Of a stretch of 64,000 nucleotides of DNA, positions 18,627 through 27,103 are shown piece by piece. Within the stretch, counting starts at the first letter, position 1, and every line of letters starts with the position of its first letter. The stretch is from Actinomycetes bacterium (GTDB lineage Bacteria > Actinomycetota > JAHEXW01). The stretch spans positions 26,733-90,732 of the forward strand of contig JAHEXW010000004.1 in NCBI GenBank assembly GCA_023251915.1, in the 5' to 3' direction. The notes under the pieces were generated by a model, which made no database searches, was not told where the DNA came from, and worked only from the letters and a program-made list of their open reading frames with translations. Both the position numbers and the translations under genes were made by a program.

Positions 18627-19631
18627 ATGAACAAGGTGCCCCGCATGCCGTCCGTTGACTACTTTCGCGGTTTGGCCGTCGTATTAATGCTGCTCTACGA
18701 CTTCGTGCTGTTCTTCAGCAGCACACTCCCTCGCGTCTTACAGCACAGCCGACCAGATATGCTCTTGTTTGGCGACTTCATCGCACCATTCTTTCTGTTT
18801 ATCATGGGTCTGGCCTTACCTTTGTCCGTCAACAATAAGCGCGAGTCGGGTGTCTCTGAGAGGCAGATATTTTGGGGTGTCCTCCGGCGCGCGATCTTGC
18901 TACTCCTGATCGGTGTCCTGGTCGACGACTTGAGGTCGCCACTGCTTGGCGGAACAATTGGCTTGGGCGGGACCTATTACATAAAATGGGGCGTCCTGGA
19001 GGCGCTGGGCGTAAGCTACCTCGTGTCCTATATCATCATGCGCTTTGGGGCCAGGACAAGGTACGCGATAATCGCGGCAATTCTGGCTGCTTACGTTGGG
19101 CTAATGACCAACTCCTCGTTTGCCGCGTTCGTTCAGTCGCATTCGCACGGCAGCCCTTTGTCGGCTCTGACGTGGGCGAGCATTGCCGCTTTCGGAATGA
19201 TTGCCGGAGTGCGGCTTGTAAACAGTCGCGTGGACTACGAGAAGTATCTTTATCGGTTTGGCGCGACCCTCGTTATGATCGGCACCGTCCTCAGCCTCTT
19301 CGTTCCCGCTAGGAAAGAAATGGTCACTTCCAGCTACGCTCTGATTACCGCCGGCGGGTCGGCAATCGCCTTCATGTTCATGTATTACTTTATCGAGACG
19401 CGCGCTCTTCCTCGTGTCATAAAATGGCTAAGACCGCTATCTGACTTCGGCCGGGCCGCTTTGTTGGCATGGATTTTGCAGTATGCTGTCCCGGGCTATC
19501 TGATCTGGCGATTCCATACCTACGGCAAACTGGACGCATGGTTGGGGATACCGCTATCGGTGCTGATGATAGTCGTCGTGTGGCTGTTGATACGGGGGGC
19601 TGATCGCATCGGCTTCCGCCTGGCGGTCTGA
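18627..19631 (+). CDS. polytopic membrane protein, DUF1624 / HGSNAT-like acyltransferase family (tentative)
   Basis: N-terminal SVDYFRGLAVVLML motif typical of that family; about 9 TM. Confidence 0.4.
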   Translation: MNKVPRMPSVDYFRGLAVVLMLLYDFVLFFSSTLPRVLQHSRPDMLLFGDFIAPFFLFIMGLALPLSVNNKRESGVSERQIFWGVLRRAILLLLIGVLVDDLRSPLLGGTIGLGGTYYIKWGVLEALGVSYLVSYIIMRFGARTRYAIIAAILAAYVGLMTNSSFAAFVQSHSHGSPLSALTWASIAAFGMIAGVRLVNSRVDYEKYLYRFGATLVMIGTVLSLFVPARKEMVTSSYALITAGGSAIAFMFMYYFIETRALPRVIKWLRPLSDFGRAALLAWILQYAVPGYLIWRFHTYGKLDAWLGIPLSVLMIVVVWLLIRGADRIGFRLAV

Positions 19632-19637
19632 TGACGT

Positions 19638-20441
19638 CTACCTGAGGCCGGTAACCACCAGCGCGACGATCGTCCCTGCCAACAGTAGCCTATAGACGGC
19701 GAAAACCGCGAAACTGCTTTTCCGCAGATACTTGAGCAGGTATTTGATGCTCAGGTAGCCAACGATTGCGCTGACGCCGATTCCGATAAAGAAAGCCGCG
19801 TCGACTGTTCCGTGGACCAGCTTGCGTGCCTCGTATAGCGCCGCGCCAACTGTTATCGGCGCTGACAACAGGAACGAGAAACGCGCGGCGTCCTCGCGCT
19901 TGAAGTTTCTAAACAAGCTTGTGGTCATAGTTATCCCCGAACGCGACACGCCGGGAATGATCGCGATGGCCTGCGCCGTACCGACGAGGACCGCGTCCCA
20001 CACGCCTATGTGGTTTATGTCTTTGGTCTTCTTGCTCAGGCGGTCGGCAACATATAGCACAACGCCCATGACCGCTAGGGTGGCCGCAATCAGCAGCGGC
20101 GCCCGAAACGCCGCTTCCGCCTTCTTCTCCAACAGGGCGCCGAGCAGGCCGCCCGGAATCGACCCGATCAGCATGTACCAAGCGAATCGCTCATCAAAGG
20201 TAGTCGCTTTTCTCTTCGCCAGACTGGCAAACCAAGCCTTAACGATTCGCCACAGGTCATGCCAAAAAAATATAATGACGGCCAGCGCCGTACCGAAATG
20301 AAGAGCCGCGTCGAAGGCCAGGCCAGGATCAGGAAACTTGAGTAGCCAGGGCGTCAGGATAAGATGGGCCGAGGAACTGATAGGCAGAAATTCGCTCAAA
20401 CCCTGAACGATTCCCAAAATTATGGCGTGCCAAATGGTCAA
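19638..20441 (-). CDS. uppP: undecaprenyl-diphosphate phosphatase
   Basis: Signature GIVQGLSEFLPISSSAHLIL. Start trimmed to the TTG 5 nt after GGGGAG, giving MTIWHAIILGIVQGL. Confidence 0.85.
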   Translation of the reverse strand: MTIWHAIILGIVQGLSEFLPISSSAHLILTPWLLKFPDPGLAFDAALHFGTALAVIIFFWHDLWRIVKAWFASLAKRKATTFDERFAWYMLIGSIPGGLLGALLEKKAEAAFRAPLLIAATLAVMGVVLYVADRLSKKTKDINHIGVWDAVLVGTAQAIAIIPGVSRSGITMTTSLFRNFKREDAARFSFLLSAPITVGAALYEARKLVHGTVDAAFFIGIGVSAIVGYLSIKYLLKYLRKSSFAVFAVYRLLLAGTIVALVVTGLR

Positions 20442-20558
20442 AAGTGCTCCCCGTTTTGAAAGGATTGGACGATCGTCGCACAAAGCGACCGGTTAAGCGT
20501 AGCATTATGTGCAGCTTTCTTGCAGACTAGGTAGTATTAGAGTGCGAGGGGAGAGCGA

Positions 20559-21119
20559 ATGAACCATAGATGCTGCCGAAAGAAGATAAATCTGTTATTA
20601 CTAGCACTGGCTTGCGGCCTTGTCTTGGCTGGTTGCAAACCTGCGGCTAAGCCGGCAACCCCGACGGCCAAGCCTGTCGCACAAGCAAAACCGGTTACTG
20701 TAAATCCGATCAACAACGTGTCGACAAAACCTGGGCTGGTTATCTCAGATATTGAGGTCGAGGGAAACACAGATCCGGCGACGGGCAAGAACCTTAAGGA
20801 TCACCTGCAGTTGACGATTAATAATGGCACCATAGAGACGATGACCGGATTCGAGGTCTTCTATACGATGACTGACAAGAAAACCAAGAAAAGCGAGAGC
20901 TATTATCAGAAACTGACCGGGTTTCAGCTGGGTCCGGGGAGGGCGGCGACGCTCCATTTTGACGGCGGTAAAGGGCCGGGCCACTATCCCGAGAACAACA
21001 AATCCATATATCGCAAGTCAAGAAACGCCGTAGATTTCATGGTTGAAGTCAGCTGCGTGGGATTCCAGCCGGCGCCGGGTAAGGCGACTAAAACGGCGAG
21101 TTCTATGGACGGACTGTAG
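20559..21119 (+). CDS. hypothetical lipoprotein
   Basis: Signal peptide plus lipobox LVLAGC. Confidence 0.55.
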   Translation: MNHRCCRKKINLLLLALACGLVLAGCKPAAKPATPTAKPVAQAKPVTVNPINNVSTKPGLVISDIEVEGNTDPATGKNLKDHLQLTINNGTIETMTGFEVFYTMTDKKTKKSESYYQKLTGFQLGPGRAATLHFDGGKGPGHYPENNKSIYRKSRNAVDFMVEVSCVGFQPAPGKATKTASSMDGL

Positions 21120-21183
21120 AAAGTAAGGAGGAATAGCCATCAAAAAGTTTGAAAAAGAGGCCAGCCCCTTCGCCAAAGCCGGG

Positions 21184-22650
21184 TTGATTGTTGGGATATC
21201 CCTTTTTCTGGGTTGCCTCTTCGACTTTTTGATCTACGGCAAATTCCCCGGCTTGGCATTCCCGGTTTATGTCGCTCTAATCATCATGGGTCTTCTTGGT
21301 ATCACTTGGCTCTATGGAAGAACGACGACGAGCAGCGTTCTGTGGCTCCTGGTGCCCGTCTTCTTCTTTGCGGCGATGGTCTCGGTCCGCGCCAGCTTTC
21401 TGCTAACCGCCCTGAATCTGATAGCCGTTTTTCTGCTGCTGCTGCTGATCGCTCAAGTGGCCTTTAGCGAACCCCTGCAGACTTACCGCATCAAGGACTA
21501 TTTCAGGCTCGCGCTAGTGCCTTTCATGTATATCGTTTCATTATTCAAAACACTTGGAGACTTGGTCACGCTCCGCGGCGTCAAGGCAGACAAACGGACC
21601 ATGGCCCAGGTCGCGACGGGCATTGTCATAACGATTCCTCTCCTTGTTGTCTTTTCTCTGCTGTTCGCCTCGGCTGATTTAGTGTTCCAGAGGGCGCTGT
21701 CACAAATCGTGAGTTTCAGTATCGGGCCGGAGTTTGTTTTTCGAACGATCCTGATCTTCTTCGCTATGCTCGGTTTTACCGGAGCCTATTCATTTGTCTT
21801 TCGTAAGTCGGAGCCTGGTGTCGGCTTCCCGGGAGCGGTTCCGATCGCTAAAAAGACAGGCGGCTTCGGGCGTATCGAGGGCTCCATCCTCCTTGGATCA
21901 GTCAACGCGTTGTTTGGCGCTTTCATCTTGGTTCAGATCACATACCTGTTCGGGGGTCTTGGCAACATTTCCGGGCAAGGATTTACCTACGCCCAGTATG
22001 CGAGGAGAGGGTTTTTCGAGCTGGTCGCGGTCGCCGTGATAACGCTGGCGATGCTCCTGCTGATCGAGCGTTTCACGCCCAAGAACATGACTGGCCATTC
22101 CGGGTTGTTCAGAAGCTTGAGCACATTGCTCGTTGTCCAGGTCATGGTAATCATGGCCTCGTCGCTAACACGCATGTCGTTCTACGAGAACGCGTACGGT
22201 TTCACCGAACTGCGTCTCTACGTGCACGTGTTTATCTTCTTCATTGCGGCGGTTTATGTCGCTCTGCTGTACAAGATTCATATCGACAACCGTGAAGATA
22301 CGTTCACATTCAAAGTCTTTTTGTTGGTAGTTGCGTTCTTAGCCTTCATGAACGCGGTCAATCCGGACGCTTATATTGCCCGTCAAAACATGCAGAGATT
22401 TCGGCAAACCGGCAAGATCGACGCGGGTTATTTAGGCGGTTTATCTGACGACGCGTTGCCGGTGACGATATCCTTGCTGAAGAGCAAAGACGCGTCTGTC
22501 AGAGAAGAATATGCCAGTAGATTGCGCGACAGAGTTCGCGTGGAGCGAGGGCCGTTATTCTCTCGATGGCAATCGCTCAACTTATCACGCGTGAGAGCAA
22601 AAGAACTGATGCAGGAGAGCGATCAGGAAATGAAGAATTTGCTGCGCTGA
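21184..22650 (+). CDS. hypothetical polytopic membrane protein
   Basis: 488 aa, about 10 TM, no recognised family. The start is uncertain: a strong AAGGAGG at 21125-21131 is in frame but has no canonical start codon before the TTG at 21184. Confidence 0.5.
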   Translation: MIVGISLFLGCLFDFLIYGKFPGLAFPVYVALIIMGLLGITWLYGRTTTSSVLWLLVPVFFFAAMVSVRASFLLTALNLIAVFLLLLLIAQVAFSEPLQTYRIKDYFRLALVPFMYIVSLFKTLGDLVTLRGVKADKRTMAQVATGIVITIPLLVVFSLLFASADLVFQRALSQIVSFSIGPEFVFRTILIFFAMLGFTGAYSFVFRKSEPGVGFPGAVPIAKKTGGFGRIEGSILLGSVNALFGAFILVQITYLFGGLGNISGQGFTYAQYARRGFFELVAVAVITLAMLLLIERFTPKNMTGHSGLFRSLSTLLVVQVMVIMASSLTRMSFYENAYGFTELRLYVHVFIFFIAAVYVALLYKIHIDNREDTFTFKVFLLVVAFLAFMNAVNPDAYIARQNMQRFRQTGKIDAGYLGGLSDDALPVTISLLKSKDASVREEYASRLRDRVRVERGPLFSRWQSLNLSRVRAKELMQESDQEMKNLLR

Positions 22651-22694
22651 GGGTTTGTCACTCGATAGCAGTTCTGGGGACAGGCTAGCCCAAA

Positions 22695-23822
22695 CTAGTC
22701 TAACTTCTTGGTCTTGATTATTCTGTTTTGTTCGATCCAGACGATCCTGTTGTTGGCGGCGCAGTAGTCAAACGGATTGTCTCCCATTCCGGAATTGGCC
22801 TGTAATATTGCGATTCTGTTCGCCGTGCCCTGGCCGATAATGGGTAGTCTGTAGACTATCGCCTGAGGTTCTCGCTCGTCGAAGTAGAATATCAAGTTCT
22901 TTTTAGCATGGTCGAGATACAGTTTTCTGATGGAAACGGTATGCGACATATCGTGTAGGAATTCATCGATCCACAACGACGGTCGCTCAACGCTCCAAAG
23001 GCCCCTCTTTGTTTTTGTAGATATGTCGATGACGCTGATATTCAAAGAGGATAAACCTTGTTTCTCGTTAACGTAATAGACGTTATTACCATTCAAGACT
23101 GCAGTGATGAAATAGCCCCCGGAAGACTCAACGAGACTCGATGAGGTGTTTGTCTTTGTGTCCAATACAAGAAGGCTGTCTCCGACAGTCGTGTCCATGT
23201 TGCTCACCTTATAAACAAAATACCGTCCATCGTCGGACCACACCAGTCCGCCAATCCCCGCGCCCCTGATCAACTCGGTGTTCGCGGAGGAATCAACCTT
23301 GACTGTTTTAACAACTACGTAGTTGTTGTTATGTGCCTCGTACCACGCAATGTTATCGCTTTTCCATCCGCCCGGTGCTGCATCCGGTATCGTTGAAACG
23401 ATCTTCCCTGTCTTGACCTCAACAATGACTAGATCAAGTTTTGATGGGGCAGCAAATCCCGACTGCTGTTGTTCCACAACACGGGTAAACATCAGGTAAT
23501 TTCCTTTAGGAGAAACCGCAACTAGGTTTATGCCCCATGTTTTGATTCCGCGCGCTAAGAATTTCTTGCCACTAAGATTTGGTTTTTCGGAGTAGATGCG
23601 CGAATTCCAGGATTTTGGCCCATTGCCATAGATTTCAGCAGTATAAATCCGCTTGCCATCCGTCGCCCACGCGACGTTCCTGTATCCAGCAAATTTGGCG
23701 CTATCAGGGGGCTTCTTCTGTATGGTAGGTTTCTCGCCCCTAGCAGTGCATCCCGCAATTAAAATAATTGCCAGTAGTATGGCTAGAAAGGGGAAGGTCC
23801 TTCTGATATTCGACGATCTCAC
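22695..23822 (-). CDS. lipoprotein with beta-propeller (TolB/PD40-like) repeats; islet cargo
   Basis: Lipobox LIAGC. Repeated ...DG...Y.....G...I... blades. Local GC is clearly lower than the flanks. Confidence 0.5.
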   Translation of the reverse strand: MRSSNIRRTFPFLAILLAIILIAGCTARGEKPTIQKKPPDSAKFAGYRNVAWATDGKRIYTAEIYGNGPKSWNSRIYSEKPNLSGKKFLARGIKTWGINLVAVSPKGNYLMFTRVVEQQQSGFAAPSKLDLVIVEVKTGKIVSTIPDAAPGGWKSDNIAWYEAHNNNYVVVKTVKVDSSANTELIRGAGIGGLVWSDDGRYFVYKVSNMDTTVGDSLLVLDTKTNTSSSLVESSGGYFITAVLNGNNVYYVNEKQGLSSLNISVIDISTKTKRGLWSVERPSLWIDEFLHDMSHTVSIRKLYLDHAKKNLIFYFDEREPQAIVYRLPIIGQGTANRIAILQANSGMGDNPFDYCAANNRIVWIEQNRIIKTKKLD

Positions 23823-23855
23823 AGAGCAACTCCTCGCGCCGTTCGCGTTTGTAGA

Positions 23856-24509
23856 TCAACGCATATCTTTGGCGATTTTCAATAAGTCTTTCTCGTTCAG
23901 TTCGCCGGAGTCCGCAAAGAGCCTATATTCTATGCCCTTAACGACGAATGCGACTCTTGGTGAAACCCGATGCTTTTCATCTTCGAACTTCTGCGTTCCG
24001 CTTTTCATCACCATGTATTTCCGCACGCCGTCGTCCGCTACATCGTAGACTTGTCTTCTGCCGTCCGTGAACGACTCAGGTGATACTTCTGTAGGAAGAA
24101 TACTCTCGAATGTCTTGTTCTTGTCTCCGGAGGGGGTCGCGAAGAACTTCACTCCCGAGTCGAAAAGGATCCCAATGCCTACCCATTCTTTGGGTGCTTC
24201 CGCCTCTGTAAGACGAACGCGGACGATAGTGCCGAGCGCCTTGCTCGACGGGATGAGAATACCGTCCGCCGCCTTCTCTCGCGCGGTTACGAGCGGGATG
24301 CCAGGATTACTATCGTCATCGAGGATGTCGCCTACCAGAGGCAGCTCCCTACTTTCGACTGAATTGTTCTTCGAAGAGGCGTGAGCTGAATGTCTGGTTA
24401 GTAAAACGGGAGCCTTAGCGGAAGGCTTGATCGTGGCGAATGCTGCGGCAGACATCACGGCGATTGCGAGCAGCGCTAAGCCTCCGATTAACCAATTTGT
24501 TCTAGTCAT
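23856..24509 (-). CDS. hypothetical membrane-anchored exported protein; islet cargo
   Basis: N-terminal TM/signal, no family recognised, low GC. Confidence 0.45.
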   Translation of the reverse strand: MTRTNWLIGGLALLAIAVMSAAAFATIKPSAKAPVLLTRHSAHASSKNNSVESRELPLVGDILDDDSNPGIPLVTAREKAADGILIPSSKALGTIVRVRLTEAEAPKEWVGIGILFDSGVKFFATPSGDKNKTFESILPTEVSPESFTDGRRQVYDVADDGVRKYMVMKSGTQKFEDEKHRVSPRVAFVVKGIEYRLFADSGELNEKDLLKIAKDMR

Positions 24510-24534
24510 GAAAACACATCCTTTCTCTCCCTGG

Positions 24535-25371
24535 CTAGTGGATTTCGTAATTGTTGCAGTAGAGCCATTGCGCGTCGAACAGATGGTTTAGGAAGAATCC
24601 ATAAGGGGGATTTTGGTATTTGTCGTTGTTCTGCCACGGGCGCGGTGCATGTTTAGCTCCTGGCCAATAATAATATGTATCTGCGGCGTAGTATGAGCGG
24701 TACTGGGAGCGGTAGAATGTGCCATACCACGTGCCGGCGGGCGGATTGGGAGGAGGAGGAACGGCGGGTACCTCTGTGTCATCACGCTCGCATGCAAGGA
24801 TACTTCGCGAACTTACAATCCCGGTCCCTAAAAACGAGTAGACGGGTGTCCATATGTTGGTGTTAGGATCCCAGACGCTAACGTCGTATCGATCAGAAAG
24901 CGAGCCGCCTGGCCGGAATCTCGCGAGCAAGAACCCGTACCATCGTCCATTCACAAAGCCGATGTCTCGCACAACGATGTATCCCGGATGGTTCAAGCCA
25001 TCCATGAAGCCCTCATTATAGGTACCGTTTTTATATGAGACCACAAAGCCAATCGGATTCCTGAGCGGTATGCCGTTTATCCTTTTATTATACTCCCGCC
25101 CGACCTCAACGCAATCGCCATTGTCGCGCGCGGCTAGCGTCGAATTCACAAACTTGCTCGCATAGTTGGGAACTGGATTCCAGAAGTAGAGCTCGGTGAA
25201 CTGCCCATCGTTGAGCAGCCACACTCCATTAGGGTCTGAATCCCCGTAACCAGTATTAGCCATCAGAGTGCTTCCGTAATCTGAGGCGTACGCCTGGCCA
25301 GTAGAAAAAAGGAACATTGCTGTTACGAGTGACCAGCAAATAACGGTGCTTCTCCACCGTATGACCATCAT
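24535..25371 (-). CDS. hypothetical secreted protein (Tyr/Trp/Pro-rich C-terminus); islet cargo
   Basis: Signal peptide with AYA cleavage site. GGGAGGG RBS. AT-rich upstream region 25440-25560. Confidence 0.5.
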   Translation of the reverse strand: MMVIRWRSTVICWSLVTAMFLFSTGQAYASDYGSTLMANTGYGDSDPNGVWLLNDGQFTELYFWNPVPNYASKFVNSTLAARDNGDCVEVGREYNKRINGIPLRNPIGFVVSYKNGTYNEGFMDGLNHPGYIVVRDIGFVNGRWYGFLLARFRPGGSLSDRYDVSVWDPNTNIWTPVYSFLGTGIVSSRSILACERDDTEVPAVPPPPNPPAGTWYGTFYRSQYRSYYAADTYYYWPGAKHAPRPWQNNDKYQNPPYGFFLNHLFDAQWLYCNNYEIH

Positions 25372-25653
25372 CTTCCCTCCCTAGATTCCGCTTTGTCCAG
25401 ATGTCTTAACTCAAGACACACTGCTTGAGAACAGATAGGCGTTATATGCGATAGCGAGTGATGATATTAAAGTAATATTCATGCAAGGATAAGTCAAGGC
25501 ATAATAGTAAATATTATAAAGTCTCTTTATTAGCAGCATCATTGTTAATTATCTAAGTTATGTACATTTTTGAGACTTACCCCTTAACTGGACCTCACTC
25601 TCCAGTGAGAGGGAAATAAGGACAGCGGGGAATAATCGAAACTGACGGTCCCT

Positions 25654-26095
25654 GGTGGGCCCGTTCTCGGGCTTAGTCATCTGCATGTAGCGATCTACCA
25701 CGCACGAGATTAGCTGGCAAAGTGGGCCTCGTGTCAGTTCCTGCGATTTGGCTTGGCGGGCCGAATGCCAGGATGACCGTTCGCATGTTTCTGCCGCCCC
25801 AGGATGAACCGTTTACTGAAAGGTTTCCGCGACGGCTGGCCTGCCGGCCGTAGCGACCGAGAAGACGGAGGCCGTCAGGCTGGAGTTTGTCCGCGAAGGC
25901 TGGTGGGCCCGTTCTCGGACTTCGCCTCGCCTGTCAAAATGGGAGGTTGCTTCGTCACTTCATTCCTCGCAATGACCGAATGACGCGACCCTCGGTTGCT
26001 CACGACTCGAATATCGCTCCTTCGGACCGAGTTCGAGTCAAGCAAGGCAACATTTCTAGGAAATATCGGAAGATATTCCTCAGGGATGGTGGGCC
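25654..26095 (-). repeat. array of three degenerate copies of the tRNA-Ile 3' end (TGGTGGGCCC...), putative att-site remnants
   Basis: Plus-strand TGGTGGGCCCG at 25654 and 25901, and TGGTGGGCC at 26087. The first two share 22 nt. The copy at 26087 and the true tRNA end at 26286 are each followed by a hairpin (GGAAATATCggaaGATATTCC and AGAAATACC...GGTATTTCT). Confidence 0.5.
25941..25976 (-). repeat. GTCATTGCGAGG-family repeat copy (minus orientation)
   Basis: Plus strand gggaggttgcttcgtcacttcattcctcgcaatgac equals the rc of GTCATTGCGAGGaatgaaGTGACGAAGCAACCTCCC. Confidence 0.5.
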
Positions 26096-26143
26096 TCGGG
26101 ACTTTCAGGCACGATTCTTCCTGGATTTGAAAGCATCGTGAGG

Positions 26144-26185
26144 GCTTGCCGCGTCGGTCGCCTTGGGCGACCTCCTCGCAATGAC
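26144..26185 (-). repeat. GTCATTGCGAGG-family repeat copy with GGTCGCC-caa-GGCGACC hairpin (minus orientation)
   Basis: rc reads GTCATTGCGAGGaGGTCGCCcaaGGCGACCgaCGCGGCAAGC. It shares CGCGGCAAGC with the copy at 9788. Confidence 0.5.
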
Positions 26186-26285
26186 GCACTATTGCGCCCC
26201 CTGGCGCAAACCGTTCAAACAGACTCTCGAAACGCAAAATCCCTTAGAAATACCCACTGTGAAAGGTTGTGGTATTTCTAAGGGA

Positions 26286-26362
26286 TGGTGGGCCCGGACC
26301 GACTCGAACGGTCGACCTCACCCTTATCAGGGGTGCGCTCTAGCCAACTGAGCTACGGGCCC
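26286..26362 (-). tRNA. tRNA-Ile (anticodon GAT), CCA encoded
   Basis: rc is GGGCCCGTAGCTCAGTTGGCTAGAGCGCACCCCTGATAAGGGTGAGGTCGACCGTTCGAGTCGGTCCGGGCCCACCA. It forms a cloverleaf, with anticodon loop CT-GAT-AA and T-loop GTTCGAGTC. Confidence 0.9.
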
Positions 26363-26407
26363 AACGACAAAGTGAAATTATAGCACAGGAGTCCGGAAAC
26401 AGGCAGC

Positions 26408-27103
26408 CTATGACCGCATACGCAGCCGGCAGACCGTTCCCAGGGCTTTATAGATTTCGGTCCCAGATACCTTCGTTTCGCCCAGGCGGCGGTCGGCGTA
26501 ATGAATCGGCGTCTCGTCAATTTTCAGACCGGCTTGTTTGGCGCGATAGAGGATCTCCATCAGGAATGAGTAGCCGTCGGCCGTAAATGGCTGGCGGATT
26601 ATTTCTTCCAAAGCTTTCCGCCGGTAGCAGCGAAAACCCGAGGTGTTATCTCGTGTTCTTAGCCCGAGCAAGGTTGTTGCGACCATGTTGCCGCCGCTGC
26701 TCAATACCCGCCGCCACAAGCTGAAATCGACGCTGCCGTCGCCTACATACCGGGAACCGATCACGACATCGTTTCCGGCCTCCGCCATCTTCAATAACGC
26801 CGGAATGTGCGCCGGGTCATGCGACAGATCGGCGTCCATGGTTACAATCAGGTCAGCCTGGGGCAGCGCGGCGGCAAAGCCGGCCAGGTGTGCCGTGCCC
26901 AGGCCTTCCTTTCCGGCGCGATGCACAACGGTCATGTCACCGTCGGCGGCCGCCAGCCTGTCCGCGATGGCGCCCGTCCCGTCCGGCGAGTTGTCATCCA
27001 CGACGACAATCCGCATCGGCTGCTCAAGCCGCCGGATACCCTCTACCAGCAACGGGAGGTTCTCGAGTTCATTGTAGGTTGGAATGACAACAGCCGTCCT
27101 CAT
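26408..27103 (-). CDS. GT2 polyprenol-phosphate mannose synthase-like glycosyltransferase (DPM1/Ppm1 family)
   Basis: VVIPTYNELENL...VVVDDNSPDGT...DADLSHDP: GT2 DxD plus the DPM synthase pattern. Confidence 0.75.
   Translation of the reverse strand: MRTAVVIPTYNELENLPLLVEGIRRLEQPMRIVVVDDNSPDGTGAIADRLAAADGDMTVVHRAGKEGLGTAHLAGFAAALPQADLIVTMDADLSHDPAHIPALLKMAEAGNDVVIGSRYVGDGSVDFSLWRRVLSSGGNMVATTLLGLRTRDNTSGFRCYRRKALEEIIRQPFTADGYSFLMEILYRAKQAGLKIDETPIHYADRRLGETKVSGTEIYKALGTVCRLRMRS

Noticed and set aside
25380-26290. Hidden tmRNA, RNase P RNA or extra tRNA genes in the 900-bp ORF-free region
   Set aside because: The candidate 3' ends lack a foldable T-arm (no 5-bp stem around a 7-nt TTCRANY loop). 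There is no tag-peptide-like ORF ending in ..AA-stop, and no GGAAAGTCCGGGCTCC P4 motif. The TGAAAGTCCCGAGG at 26098 is only a partial resemblance. Interpreted as att-like remnants instead.
25875-26351. ORF-track ORFs 25875..26237 (-), 25887..26141 (+), 26163..26351 (+)
   Set aside because: They lie across repeats and the tRNA gene. Their translations are low-complexity with no RBS. Judged spurious.
26286-26362. rRNA operon expected next to tRNA-Ile(GAT) / tRNA-Ala(TGC)
   Set aside because: Flanking sequence encodes proteins (glycosyltransferase, amidohydrolase). No 16S/23S-like sequence was seen.
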